Counted from the whole stretch's first letter, positions 26,626 through 37,564 are shown. The stretch is 63,854 bases of DNA, filler included, from Octopus bimaculoides (GCF_001194135.2; 7 parts of 7 records of this genome joined end to end with filler, not necessarily neighbours in it); one strand, 5' to 3'. Notes: a model not told the origin generated them from the sequence alone. Translations and numbers: made by a program.

Positions 26626-26931
26626 TTAATATAGTCATTTTCTTTATTTCGCATAGCAAAAGATCCCAGTATTTATAGTTTTGAAGTATTTACTGAAGTA
26701 TACGCACGGGACTCCTTCAAGTCGTGTCATTTATTGAGAAACATATTGCATTCTTTCAATATTTTGATAATGAAATTATGTACATACTATTAAACGTCGC
26801 TTCTTGAACGATATCCCACATTTCATTTCATTCTTTTTATTTTGTTTTTCGCCATATTTCATGTTGCCATGGCAATCCAGGCGATAATCACTAATGTTTG
26901 GTATTGTTGGAAACGTTATTGTAATAGATTC

Positions 26932-26958
26932 AACTACTACTACTACTACTACTACTAT

Positions 26959-27023
<65 letters not shown>

Positions 27024-27052
27024 TTATTATTGTTATTGTTATTGTTATTATT
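26932..27052. repeat. (ACT)n microsatellite grading into (ATT)/(GTT)
   Basis: Direct reading. Confidence 0.9.
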
Positions 27053-27441
27053 ATTTCTCTTATCTCAATTATAGCCTGATTCTGATACAAGAAACGGTTC
27101 CTATGTGTTACACTTCGATTCCATTCCTGTATTCTAGCTTATCTGTTTATATCCAGTAAATATTGTATTTGTCACATTTATTATCAGTTTCAATGTAATA
27201 TGAACGTATCTCTTAACAATATCTTTATTGATTCTCTGGACAGAAACGTTCGTTGTGCTTAATACAGTATCACTATATCAACGAATTAACTATGAAAGTG
27301 TTGTTGGCAAGTAGAAACTATATTTTTCTCATCTTTTCTCATTTTCACGCTACCTACACTTTCGTACTAAAAAGAATGTTAAAACAAGATCATGGATAAT
27401 CTTAAGTTTCCATAGCTGAAATTACCTATTTTATTTTTCAC

Positions 27442-27718
27442 CTGAATTTCTACAATTTGAAAAACCGAGAATTTCACCAGAGTATGTGAGAATAGTTTTA
27501 TATTTTCGAAATGAAAATATCTCTTTCATGACAATATCATCATGATAGAAAAGATAAGTGCCATTCAGCTACCGGAATCCCCTATGAGTGCTACTCATCC
27601 TTTCAGGTAAGAATGTGTACGTGAGTAACACTCTCGGTGTCTGATCAATTTTTCTCTGTGTTTCTTGCACTATGGAAGAATAAACTCTAAGTGGGCATTT
27701 GTTCGCAAAGTTGCAATG
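27442..27718 (-). CDS. Probable 277-nt exon (phase 0 to 1) with one in-frame TAG at 27571-27569
   Basis: Very strong acceptor tttttttctttttaacagcttttcttag| and donor CAG|gtgaaa; HCNFANKCPLRVYSSIVQETQRKIDQTPRVLLTYTFLPERMSSTHRGFR*LNGTYLFYHDDIVMKEIFSFRKYKTILTYSGEILGFSNCRNS. Confidence 0.45.
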
Positions 27719-27817
27719 CTAAGAAAAGCTGTTAAAAAGAAAAAAATATCTATATGATAATACGAAAGATTATAATGCTTTTCACTGAAAATAAAACGCT
27801 TTACAAATGTTCTTTAC

Positions 27818-27856
27818 CAGAATTGTGCTATCTCCATCAAGGAAGTTCTTTGCTAA
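27818..27856 (-). CDS. Probable short exon of the minus-strand gene
   Basis: Acceptor atttggctttag| and donor CTG|gtaaag; LAKNFLDGDSTIL ends in phase 0, matching the next acceptor at 27718 across a 99-nt intron. An alternative acceptor 4 nt inside gives phase-1 entry. Confidence 0.45.
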
Positions 27857-28140
27857 CTAAAGCCAAATTTTAAAAATAACTCGATTTTACTACTCGCTTA
27901 AATAAGATTAGCTGTTACCATATAAATCACAGAAAATATGGTTGACTTGGAGCTAAAAACCTGCAGAATTCTATAACATTGCGATATTAACTTCTCGTGT
28001 GTGTAAGTGTGTGTATGCGCGTATTTTGTTCTGTCCTCTGTGTGTGTGTGCACACGAGTGTAATGTTTCATCAACTTGGAAATGTTTTACTAGCTTTCCC
28101 ACATAACACAATTTTCCTGTGTAATTATCGCTTTATTTAC

Positions 28141-28254
28141 ATTCAAAAATCTCATCATAAACCCAAATTATGGTGACTTCGTTCTCACCGACTAACGTTT
28201 TATTTCGAGTACATTTTTCTTTTTGAACATTGCTTCTTGAATAAATTAAACACA
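28141..28254 (-). CDS. Probable exon of the minus-strand gene (114 nt, phase 1 to 1)
   Basis: Acceptor cttctgtatattcag| and donor GAAT|gtaaat (alternative internal donor TCG|gtgaga at 28189); open frame in very AT-rich DNA: CLIYSRSNVQKEKCTRNKTLVGENEVTIIWVYDEIFE. Confidence 0.45.
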
Positions 28255-28490
28255 CTGAATATACAGAAGAGAGGGCTCATAAACTTGTAAGGCCTGCTGT
28301 TGGAGTGGAAACAATATTTCCTTGAAGATTTTGTCGGTTAATTCTCAAAAAGCTGCTGAAGAGATATTGACTCAAAGGAGGAAACTAAGTTGACGAAATA
28401 GTTGTAACACTTTTATAGGAGTGTTACACATGCTTTAAAAGTTAAGATTATAATCACTGACCATAATTCAACACACTGAACATCTTTTAC

Positions 28491-28576
<86 letters not shown>

Positions 28577-28676
28577 NNNNNNNNNNNNNNNNNNNNNNNN
28601 NNNNNNNNNNNNNNNNNNNNTTAATTAATTAANNNNNNNNNNNNNNNNNNNNNNNNNNNNNNNNNNNNNNNNNNNN
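28577..28676. other. Scaffolding placeholder N44-TTAATTAATTAA-N44 (also at 32883, 43710, 58906, 61223, 62624)
   Basis: The identical 12-mer has stops in all six frames and is centred in 100-nt gaps. Confidence 0.95.
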
Positions 28677-28792
28677 TATATATATATATATATGTATATA
28701 TATAGTTCCAATTTACAGAAAACAAAAGACGAATACAGGTGAAGGAACAACAAGTATGTGTATTACTTTAACGCTCGGGAAGAATGGTAAAG

Positions 28793-28830
28793 TCTTCGAC
28801 GTTTCACGCCTACGCTCTTCGGCAGAAAGG
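28793..28830 (-). ncRNA. Second copy of the non-canonical hammerhead family (CUGCCGA) in a repeat at about 28700-28835
   Basis: CCTTT-CTGCCGA-A-GAGC GTAG GCGT-GAAAC-GTC/GAAGA; flanks are homologous to 16366-16500. Confidence 0.45.
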
Positions 28831-28893
28831 ATTGAGAGGGAGAAAATTTGTGTACGTATGGTTGCCAGCATTTTCAAATTTGCAAACTAGAAT

Positions 28894-28953
28894 ATCATAC
28901 TGATGACGGAAATGGAGGTTTTTACTACTATGATCCAGAAACGCGTCTATGAT
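28894..28953 (+). ncRNA. Type I hammerhead ribozyme (copy 1)
   Basis: ATCATA-CTGATGA-C-GGA..TCC-A-GAAA-CGCG-TC/TATGAT: perfect 6-bp stem I, palindromic stem III, GUC site after 28947. Confidence 0.82.
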
Positions 28954-29429
28954 TAACTAAGACTGGTTAGTTTCGTTGTTTTTTCTTCTTGTTTTCCCTT
29001 TGTGAGTTTCAAGTATTGCTATGTGTTGGAGTTTTAGCACTTTAGCTGCTATTTCTGAACTTCGGTATGTGGTGAAGCAACTGCTGCTGATCCCTTAATT
29101 ATGTTTATAAATTTATAAGAACTTTTAAATAAGTTCTTTGCCGATAATGGTGTTTACATACCGAAGTCCTTGGTAAAAATTATTAATTATTAATTTATTT
29201 ATAAGTTAATAATCCTTTACCCTTTTATTTGTAATAATTATTCACTCCCTGATAGTAAACCGCAGATTTTCTGCGGTATTGCTCGTGACGCACATGGTAA
29301 TTCTTGAGGAGGGATAAGGACTGACTGGCCTATGTAAGTTCGGAGGTGCTGCTTACATTATGTTGATACACGATGTCGCTTGGTCGAGCATGCATGGTTG
29401 CCAGCATCTTCAAATTTTCAAACTAGAAT

Positions 29430-29489
29430 ATCATACTGATGACGGAAATAAAGGTTTTTACTATTCTGATCCAGAAACGCGTCTATGAT
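29430..29489 (+). ncRNA. Type I hammerhead ribozyme (copy 2)
   Basis: Same as copy 1 except four changes confined to the stem II loop; GUC site after 29483. Confidence 0.82.
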
Positions 29490-30228
29490 TAACTAAGACT
29501 GGTTAGTTTCGTTGTTTTTTTCTTTGTTTTGCCTTTGTGAGTTACAAGTGTTGCTACCTGTTAGAGTTTTAGCACTTTAGCTGCTATTTCTGAACTTCGG
29601 TATGTGGTGAAGCAACTGTTGCTGATCCCTTAATTATGTATGTATATATATATATATATCCACACAAGAAAGAATCAACAAGGAGAATCTTTTCATAGAG
29701 AAATTCCAACCATTTCTTAACACACACACCCCTCAGTGACCTTATTTCTCTATGAACAGACACAAACTTCCTGTTTTGAAAAAAAGAGTTCATAACTCCA
29801 ACTAAAAANNNNNNNNNNGCTCAAAGACAATATAATGTATGGGTATATTTATTTTTTTTATTTTTTTTATATATTATTGTTTTATATATTATTTTCTTCA
29901 TTTTGTACTTTTTTGTACTTCTTTGTAAAAAAACATTTTCATTCTCCTTCTTCTTGATAATTTGCTTCATCGCAATGAAAACCGGTTAGAAAAAATCTTC
30001 ATTAAATTATGCTCCCAGTTCAGCATTCTGGCTTTTTTACATTTTCCTATATATATATATATATATATTTATATAAGTATACATATATATGTATGTATGC
30101 ATATATATATATATGTATACTTATATGTCTGTATAACATGTAAATCTTGGTAAATCCTTTTCGCAAATGAACAAACAACGTGTAATGGAAAATAAATAAT
30201 ATCAAAAAATTCCACTTTCTTGTTCTTT

Positions 30229-30293
<65 letters not shown>

Positions 30294-30787
30294 TATTCTA
30301 AAAAAATGAAGCTTTTTTACAAGAGGGAAACTTCCTGGCAATTATAAGACAAATACACACACAGACACTCTCACACACACACATACACTCACACACACGC
30401 ATACTCACATACACATACACACACACACTCGCACACAGACACACACATACACACACACACACACATTTATTATTCTTAGCAAAGAATGGCTTAGATGGCT
30501 GAGACTTCGAAGTCACTTGTTTAAGTATAACATATTTGTATTCTACAAAAGTAGATTACTGTAAATTGGTTTTAATGGTAACTGAACATAAAAAACAACA
30601 TTTATGTGTGTGTGTGTGCGCGTTTTTGTGTTACTGCATGAACGTATGTATATATCTATATTTATATGTGTGTGTATGTGTGTTTCTGTAGATAGATAGA
30701 TAGATACAGTGAGTAAGATAGTGATGCAAATACTGAATATATTTCACTCTCTTCAACCACGGTTCAAACTGTTTCTCTAATCCTTAC

Positions 30788-30860
30788 CTCCTTTAATTTT
30801 ACACCCTTCATTTTTCCAACCGTTTCACTATCCTTATTTATTCTAATATGGTTTAACAAG
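30788..30860 (-). CDS. Probable exon of the minus-strand gene (phase 2 to 0)
   Basis: Acceptor aaaccccttag| and strong donor GAG|gtaagg; LLNHIRINKDSETVGKMKGVKLKE. Confidence 0.42.
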
Positions 30861-31676
30861 CTAAGGGGTTTCAGAGTTGTACCAATAATTTATTTCATCA
30901 CTAACGAGTTCTCGAACTAATAAATATATAAAGCTTATTCGCACATAGCATTAATACTTTCACTATTTTACTTCTAGCGACTTTACCGTATTACCCTTAA
31001 CAAGTAAAATGAAAATTTATGTCTATAAACACGCGCACACGCGCACACACGTACACACACACACACACGTACACACACTTACTTATATATATANNNNNNN
31101 NNNNNNNNNNNNNNNNNNNNNNNNNNNNNNNNNNNNNNNNNNNNNNNNNNNNNNNNNNNNNNNNNNNNNNNNNNNNNNNNNNNNNNNNNNNNNNNNNNNN
31201 NNNNNNNNNNNNNNNNNNNNNNNNNNNNNNNNNNNNNNNNNNNNNNNNNNNNNNNNNNNNNNNNNNNNNNNNNNNNNNNNNNNNNNNNNNNNNNNNNNNN
31301 NNNNNNNNNNNNNNNNNNNNNNNNNNNNNNNNNNNNNNNNNNNNNNNNNNNNNNNNNNNNNNNNNNNNNNNNNNNNNNNNNNNNNNNNNNNNNNNNNNNN
31401 NNNNNNNNNNNNNNNNNNNNNNNNNNNNNNNNNNNNNNNNNNNNNNNNNNNNNNNNNNNNNNNNNNNNNNNNNNNNNNNNNNNNNNNNNNNNNNNNNNNN
31501 NNNNNNNNNNNNNNNNNNNNNNNNNNNNNNNNNNNNNNNNNNNNNNNNNNNNNNNNNNNNNNNNNNNNNNNNNNNNNNNNNNNNNNNNNNNNNNNNNNNN
31601 NNNNNNNNNNNNNNNNNNNNNNNNNNNNNNNNNNNNNNNNNNNNNNNNNNNNNNNNNNNNNNNNNNNNNNNNNNNN

Positions 31677-31722
<46 letters not shown>

Positions 31723-31857
31723 GTATATATATATATATATTATAGTTAAAGATATGTGCATCTCTGTATTATATTATATATATTATATTTTATTTGTATT
31801 TATGCATTATGCATATAAATACCATATGTGTACATATTTACATGCATGCACACATAC

Positions 31858-31931
31858 TTTTGAAAACATCACAATGACTGCCCAGATGTTATCGCCACAT
31901 CCATTCAAACTATGCGAGCTGAAATTTGAAG
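31858..31931 (-). CDS. Probable exon of the minus-strand gene (phase 1 to 0)
   Basis: Acceptor ccatctttttttccag| and donor AAA|gtatgt; single open frame SNFSSHSLNGCGDNIWAVIVMFSK. Confidence 0.5.
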
Positions 31932-32299
31932 CTGGAAAAAAAGATGGATATATTCTTGTATTGGTGTGGGAGCTCTTTCTCTTACACTTGTATTTTGGAA
32001 AAAAGATTCGTCACGTTATGGAGTCTACACATACGCATTCAAACACTCTCACAAACACATCCACAATTTTGTATACTAAATATTACATACTAATGTGATG
32101 ACAGGGAGAAAAGAATGGAGTAGGAGAGGGAATAAAAGATATAGTGATGAGAGAAGAGAGGGTAAAATTTCAGAAAACAGGAAGCCTTGGAATTATTTAC
32201 GGAAATCGGAGGAAAACTCGAAACTAAATTTAAAACATAAATGTAGGTTACGCAAAGGGAACATAAGGGAAAATGTGGCCCATGGGGTGGGGGATTTCA

Positions 32300-32520
32300 T
32301 ACCTGATTAGGAATTTTCTTCATAATCATGTATGCAGGGTTTAAATTTCCTTTCTTATCATTAAGATATATCTTGCCATCTTTGGCATATTTCGATTTTC
32401 TAATATTTCTAAATGAGGTGGTATTGTTGTGGAATTTCTGCTTAAATGTTATTTCAATCAATCCGATATATCGATTTAGGTTAGTGATCTGATTAGTATT
32501 CATGTATTTTTCCAAGCATA
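32300..32520 (-). mobile_element. PLE GIY-YIG fragment
   Basis: RYIGLIEITFKQKFHNNTTSFRNIRK. Confidence 0.65.
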
Positions 32521-32938
32521 AAAATTTCTTGTGCGAGTATTCTGAAAGTAATGAAAGATTAATTTCCGGACAGCAAAACAGCTGTTTGGAGAATCATGTC
32601 GCACACTTCTTTCACAGCCCGATGAGATTATACATCCATTTTTGGATTCGGAATTTTAAGTTGTTGCTCTTCTTGTATTCCGTTTCTGAACTATAAAAAC
32701 AAATTTCCTTTTTTTTTTTTTTTTTTTCTTGTGCATAAGATCTTACTATAATTTGGACTTGATAATCAAGGATCATTAAGTCTGATTGTATGCATGATAA
32801 CAAAATATATATTTATATATATATAAAAATATATATATNNNNNNNNNNNNNNNNNNNNNNNNNNNNNNNNNNNNNNNNNNNNTTAATTAATTAANNNNNN
32901 NNNNNNNNNNNNNNNNNNNNNNNNNNNNNNNNNNNNNN

Positions 32939-33023
<85 letters not shown>

Positions 33024-33229
33024 CATACATCGATTTAAATATTCTTTCTATTTGAAAATTGGTAATGAAACATGTGTAGTCGTTTTATTATCATGATCTT
33101 ATGATATTTACTTTGTATTATATATTACTTATTTATCGTGCTTTTACTTATTAATTTTTCTATATATGACAGTAAATTTTCATCGATGAGTTCATGAACC
33201 TTGGTTCTTTTCCCTAAAACTATATATAT

Positions 33230-33743
33230 ATAAAGTGAAGTATATTGCCACTTAAGTGTGGCTGACCACTAGGGGTGGATGTTACTGTTGCTTTTAGCCC
33301 CAGGAGGACATCTCCTCCAGCTGGCTTATCGACACACTACTGTGTCCTGTTTGTTTTGCCAAGGGAAGTTATCCCTCTCATCGTGATCTGTAGCACGAAC
33401 GGACCCGGGTTTCAGGGTTATTTCCCTTCGTCAGCGTCCAATAGCCACCGATCTTCAATGAGAGAGATAAATTCTTGGCAACCTTATGTATACTTTTCCA
33501 GTGAAATTCTTCACTGATATCGAAAAAGTGAAAACAAGCAATGTTAATTCTCTAAATGAAGTATTAACAGTAACTGCACGATAAAGTGAAGTATATTGCC
33601 ACTTAAGTGTGGCTGACCCCTAGGGGTGGATGTTACTGTTGCTTTTAGCCCCAGGAGGACATCTCCTCCAGCTGGCTTATCGACACACTACTGTGTCCTG
33701 TTTGTTTTGCCAAGGGAAGTTATCCCTCTCATCGTGATCTGTA

Positions 33744-33746
<3 letters not shown>
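33230..33746 (-). mobile_element. Non-coding retrozyme-like / non-autonomous PLE element: 166-bp direct repeats, 351-bp unit, one hammerhead
   Basis: 33230-33395 and 33581-33746 differ at one position; the hammerhead abuts the left repeat; (TA)n flanks both ends. Confidence 0.8.
33397..33439 (-). ncRNA. Type I hammerhead ribozyme, canonical core
   Basis: Minus strand reads GGACG-CTGACGA-AGGG-AAATAA-CCCT-GAAA-CCCGGG-TC/CGTTC: stem I 5 bp (one G-U), CUGACGA core, stem II 4 bp, GAAA, palindromic stem III, GUC cleavage triplet. Confidence 0.88.
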
Positions 33747-33788
<42 letters not shown>

Positions 33789-34667
33789 TACATATACATA
33801 TATAAATATGTATATATCTATGGATATATATTTAAACATATTTGTATATCAATACACACACGTACGCATGCACCCGCATATACTAGTTTAATTTATTAAT
33901 TAGAGAGATGCATTTGAAGCCACGTGGTTGACATAATCTCGAGCTGGTACGTTCAGAAATATTTGATATTTTGAAGATCATATGAAATCTTGCAGTGATA
34001 ATGCAAAACGTTAACAGTGTTTGTAAGTTGATAAATCGATTTATATCTTATATGTCTCACTAAAATTGACAAGAATATATGCTGCGACTGTATTTATAAA
34101 TTTACCATCTGTACTTTATGATTATGCTGAGATATTTTGCCTAAAGGTAGTTAATGTGTGCACAGTTCATGAAAAATTGGTCAAAACTCTTAAAAGAATG
34201 AAACGAATAGTGGATCAGGTTCTGTGTCATGATTTGATGAGTTTAAATGAACGCATTTCCTTTTGCCCCTTCACTGTCACTACCCTTCCTTCACTGAATA
34301 CATTAAAACTCGCCTTATCCTCTGGATTTCCTTCCGTTATATTTTCTCTTCATCTAATTGTCTTTTAGTCCTTAGCTTCTCTTATTTTTTCCCCCATTTT
34401 CGACCAATTCTGTCACCAAGTTTAACCTGTTTCACTCTACACCATTACACTCTCCTGCATCGTTTTGCATCCTCTGCCAGTTGCTGTCAATAGCTCTTTT
34501 ACAGAGGAAGGAATGAAAACACCAGTTACCCCCTTTCCACTTTCATCTCAACAATGAATGATAACTACTTCTGAATCATCGACAAATTCAGTTCTCCGAA
34601 GCCTTTTTACTCAGTACTGTCAGTTAATTTCCCAACAAATACAAATTTACCAACGCAGGAAACTAAC

Positions 34668-34712
34668 CTCCTTGCTTCATATTTTATGAGACTGATAATT
34701 ACTGAGACGAAA
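34668..34712 (-). CDS. Possible 45-nt exon (phase 2 to 2)
   Basis: Acceptor tctctttttgcttatag| and donor GAG|gttagt; FVSVIISLIKYEAR. Short enough to be a chance match. Confidence 0.25.
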
Positions 34713-35599
34713 CTATAAGCAAAAAGAGATAAGTTTGTCACCAGTAGAGTTTAAAAGTGTGGAATATAGGGACTAAACTAATATCTGTAAGGCTTAATCT
34801 TAGTCTCTTGTTTTTGAATAATCTCGTCAATATATACTGGTGCACTTCCACTCTTTATATGAAAGAGATTCATAGAAACAATATCTGCGACTTTTTCGTT
34901 AAATGCTTCTACGTCATTTCTTTTAAATTAAATTTAAAACATTTTTTTACTTTTTTTCAGGTAAGTGAAATATCCACCAATTTAAATGAAAGACCTGACC
35001 TCAGAATGGTATGGCGTCACCTGTAAGCATATTTCTATGTATAAGTTACATATCATATATATTCGGTATATTAAAATTCTGATGTTGTTATATAATGACA
35101 TATCTGTCTCCATCTTCTCTTCCCATTCATCCATTTGGTTCATTATATACATACATACCCTCATATATATACATACATACCCGAATACACATACGTACAT
35201 ACATACATACATATATATACATACATACATATATATANNNNNNNNNNNNNNNNNNNNNNNNNNATAGTTTTTTTTTAATTACACAGTATATAATTATGAC
35301 CTACTAATTGCTTTACACAATGGATGTGTTGTCTAGATAGGCTTTAATAACACGCCTAGTGTCTCGAAGCAATCTTCAGGGTCTATGCATATTACCTGTA
35401 CAAGTTACAAATCGGGACAATAGAGCAAGAGAAATCAAGAGAAAAAACGAGAGGAAGGTGGATTAAAAAAGGGGAAGAATGAAAAAGAAAGGAAAAAAGA
35501 AGAAAGATAAATGGAGTTGTCTCCTTTGACCGTAAAGACATAAAGTCAGTTGGTGTCGAATCAACAGAAAGGAGACTAAAACCTCCGAAATAACCTATA

Positions 35600-35990
35600 T
35601 GTTCTGAGAGGGTGGTTCTTTCCAATTCGATAAAAGAAACTTGCCTGCATGTATGTGGAATTCAACAGTGCGGGTGGAGGGGGGGGGCGAATTATTTGAT
35701 CTAAAAAGGATATGTAATCTTTTAGCTACGCGTAACATGTATATTTTCGATCTATTAACATATAGCATAGATTTTTCTACGATTTTCCGCTTGATTTTAT
35801 GTGGCGTGGAGTTGGTCTTCAAACTCCATACGTGGCTGGCCGACTTAGTGTCTTTACTTTTGTGTATGTGCCGGAAAGAAGATAAGTGGCTAACCATAGA
35901 GTCTTTTGAAGTGCAACGCAAATGATACCATCTGGTTATGCGAAGGCAACTTCAAAAGACGCTACACTAACCACCTATATTCTCAGACTA
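35600..35990 (-). mobile_element. PLE GIY-YIG fragment
   Basis: HLSSFRHIHKSKDTKSASHVWSLK..HKIKRKIVEKS..KFLLSNWK, same type as 20128-20526. Confidence 0.7.
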
Positions 35991-36394
35991 ACACGTATAC
36001 CAGTGTTCACCCATCATCTTTAACTTTTTGTCACACACTTCGGTACGTGGATACTCACACATCGACACTCACCTATTCTCTACCTATGCACACCTATGCA
36101 CACTCCCTCCACTTTTCACTCATACACGCGTGTACACACACTTACATACGCACTTGGACGCGCATTTATACACACATCTCATACACTAGCACACACGCAC
36201 ACTCACGCTAACACACATTCTTCTACACTTCGACATACTTTTTGACATCTTCGAAACATATCGATTTTACTCTTCCACTTGTCCGCTGTGCTTTTTAAAC
36301 TCTTCGGTCTTTAGCTTGCTAACACTTGAATACAAACACACACATGCGCACGCGAGCATACATACACACGCACATACACACGCACATACAACAT

Positions 36395-36442
<48 letters not shown>

Positions 36443-37518
36443 AGAAACAAACAAACACACACACAGGCATTATAAACACAGGCACATAGGTGCGCTATTT
36501 CTGTTACTTCCATAAATTTACTTTCCACCCTCCTTTAAAAAAATACTAATTTTCTTTTCTTTATCATTTTCTCTGTACTCCAAGTGCGTTACATCCTGTT
36601 TGTCATGTCCTACACCACAATTATTTTCTTTAGATCTGTGGATTTTCCAGCTTCTTCATCACAGATATTATTTCTTATTTACAGAACCATCAGTTTTGTA
36701 CTCTCCTCTAGGCAATCTATTAAATTCTCAAAACAGTTGTACTACTTTAATCTATATCTTTAAGTTTTCGTATTTTCTCAAAATTCATACATTTTTCACA
36801 TTTTTTACTTTTTATTTTATATTTTTCTCTTTGTTTTCACATTGTTGCGTGTTTTATTCATACTCTTGTAAACACATCAATATACCGTCAACCATACTCT
36901 AAACATTTTCATGTTCTTCCTCAATGCCTTTATTCCCTCATATTACCATACATTCTTAGCTCCTCTCACACACGCTTTCCTAACATCCGCCTAACGATTA
37001 CACACAACAAGCACTTCACCCATTCAGAAACCAATGTCTCCATATTTCCACGCTTGCACATCGCTCCATACCCAGCGCAAAGACACACACAAACACACAC
37101 TCACACAAACACCATTCCTTCCTCACACTCGTTTGCAGACACAAATATCTTACACTTGCGTCTACTCGACAGCTCTTTTCTCGCATCTTAATTCTCGCCC
37201 CCCCCCCACCTTAAAACAACATTTCTACTTGGTTTCTAAGCCTTCGCCAGTTTCTTTTTCTTTCATTTACTATTTCGTTTCCTCATTTCCCTTGTACCTC
37301 ATTTTATTTTGAAGAACAACTAATGTCCGAAGGGTTATATTTTCTGCTGCACCTAAAGTGTGAAGCTAATAGCTCGTTGTAAAACATCACTCTTCTCGTA
37401 ATGTTCGTTTTCACGTTTATTGTGCTTACACACATATATACAATATATATATATATATATGGTATCCATATATAAACATACTATATCTATATATGTGTGT
37501 GTGTTTCTATGTATGTAA

Positions 37519-37564
<46 letters not shown>

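Larger units (their letters stand above)
28858..29639 (+). mobile_element. Non-coding retrozyme-like / pseudo-LTR element: two ~247-bp hammerhead-bearing direct repeats, 536-bp unit
   Basis: Repeats at 28858-29104 and 29394-29639 (about 15 differences by eye); no ORF; internal hairpins; the 3' end runs into a (TA)-rich repeat. Confidence 0.78.

Noticed and set aside
27569-27606. Plus-strand mini-exon TGIPYECYSSFQ with donor gtaaga
   Set aside because: Weak acceptor, and it lies antisense within the longer minus-strand frame.
30465-30581. Two mutually incompatible small minus-strand exon candidates (78 nt and 22 nt)
   Set aside because: They are only 17 nt apart and both could be chance; not reported as features.
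34961-35022. Plus-strand exon-like VSEISTNLNERPDLRMVWRH
   Set aside because: Good splice signals but no ligase motif and no partner exons; unresolved.
35340-35390. CTGAAGA near a PLE 3' end (minus strand)
   Set aside because: No GAAA and no pairing stems.
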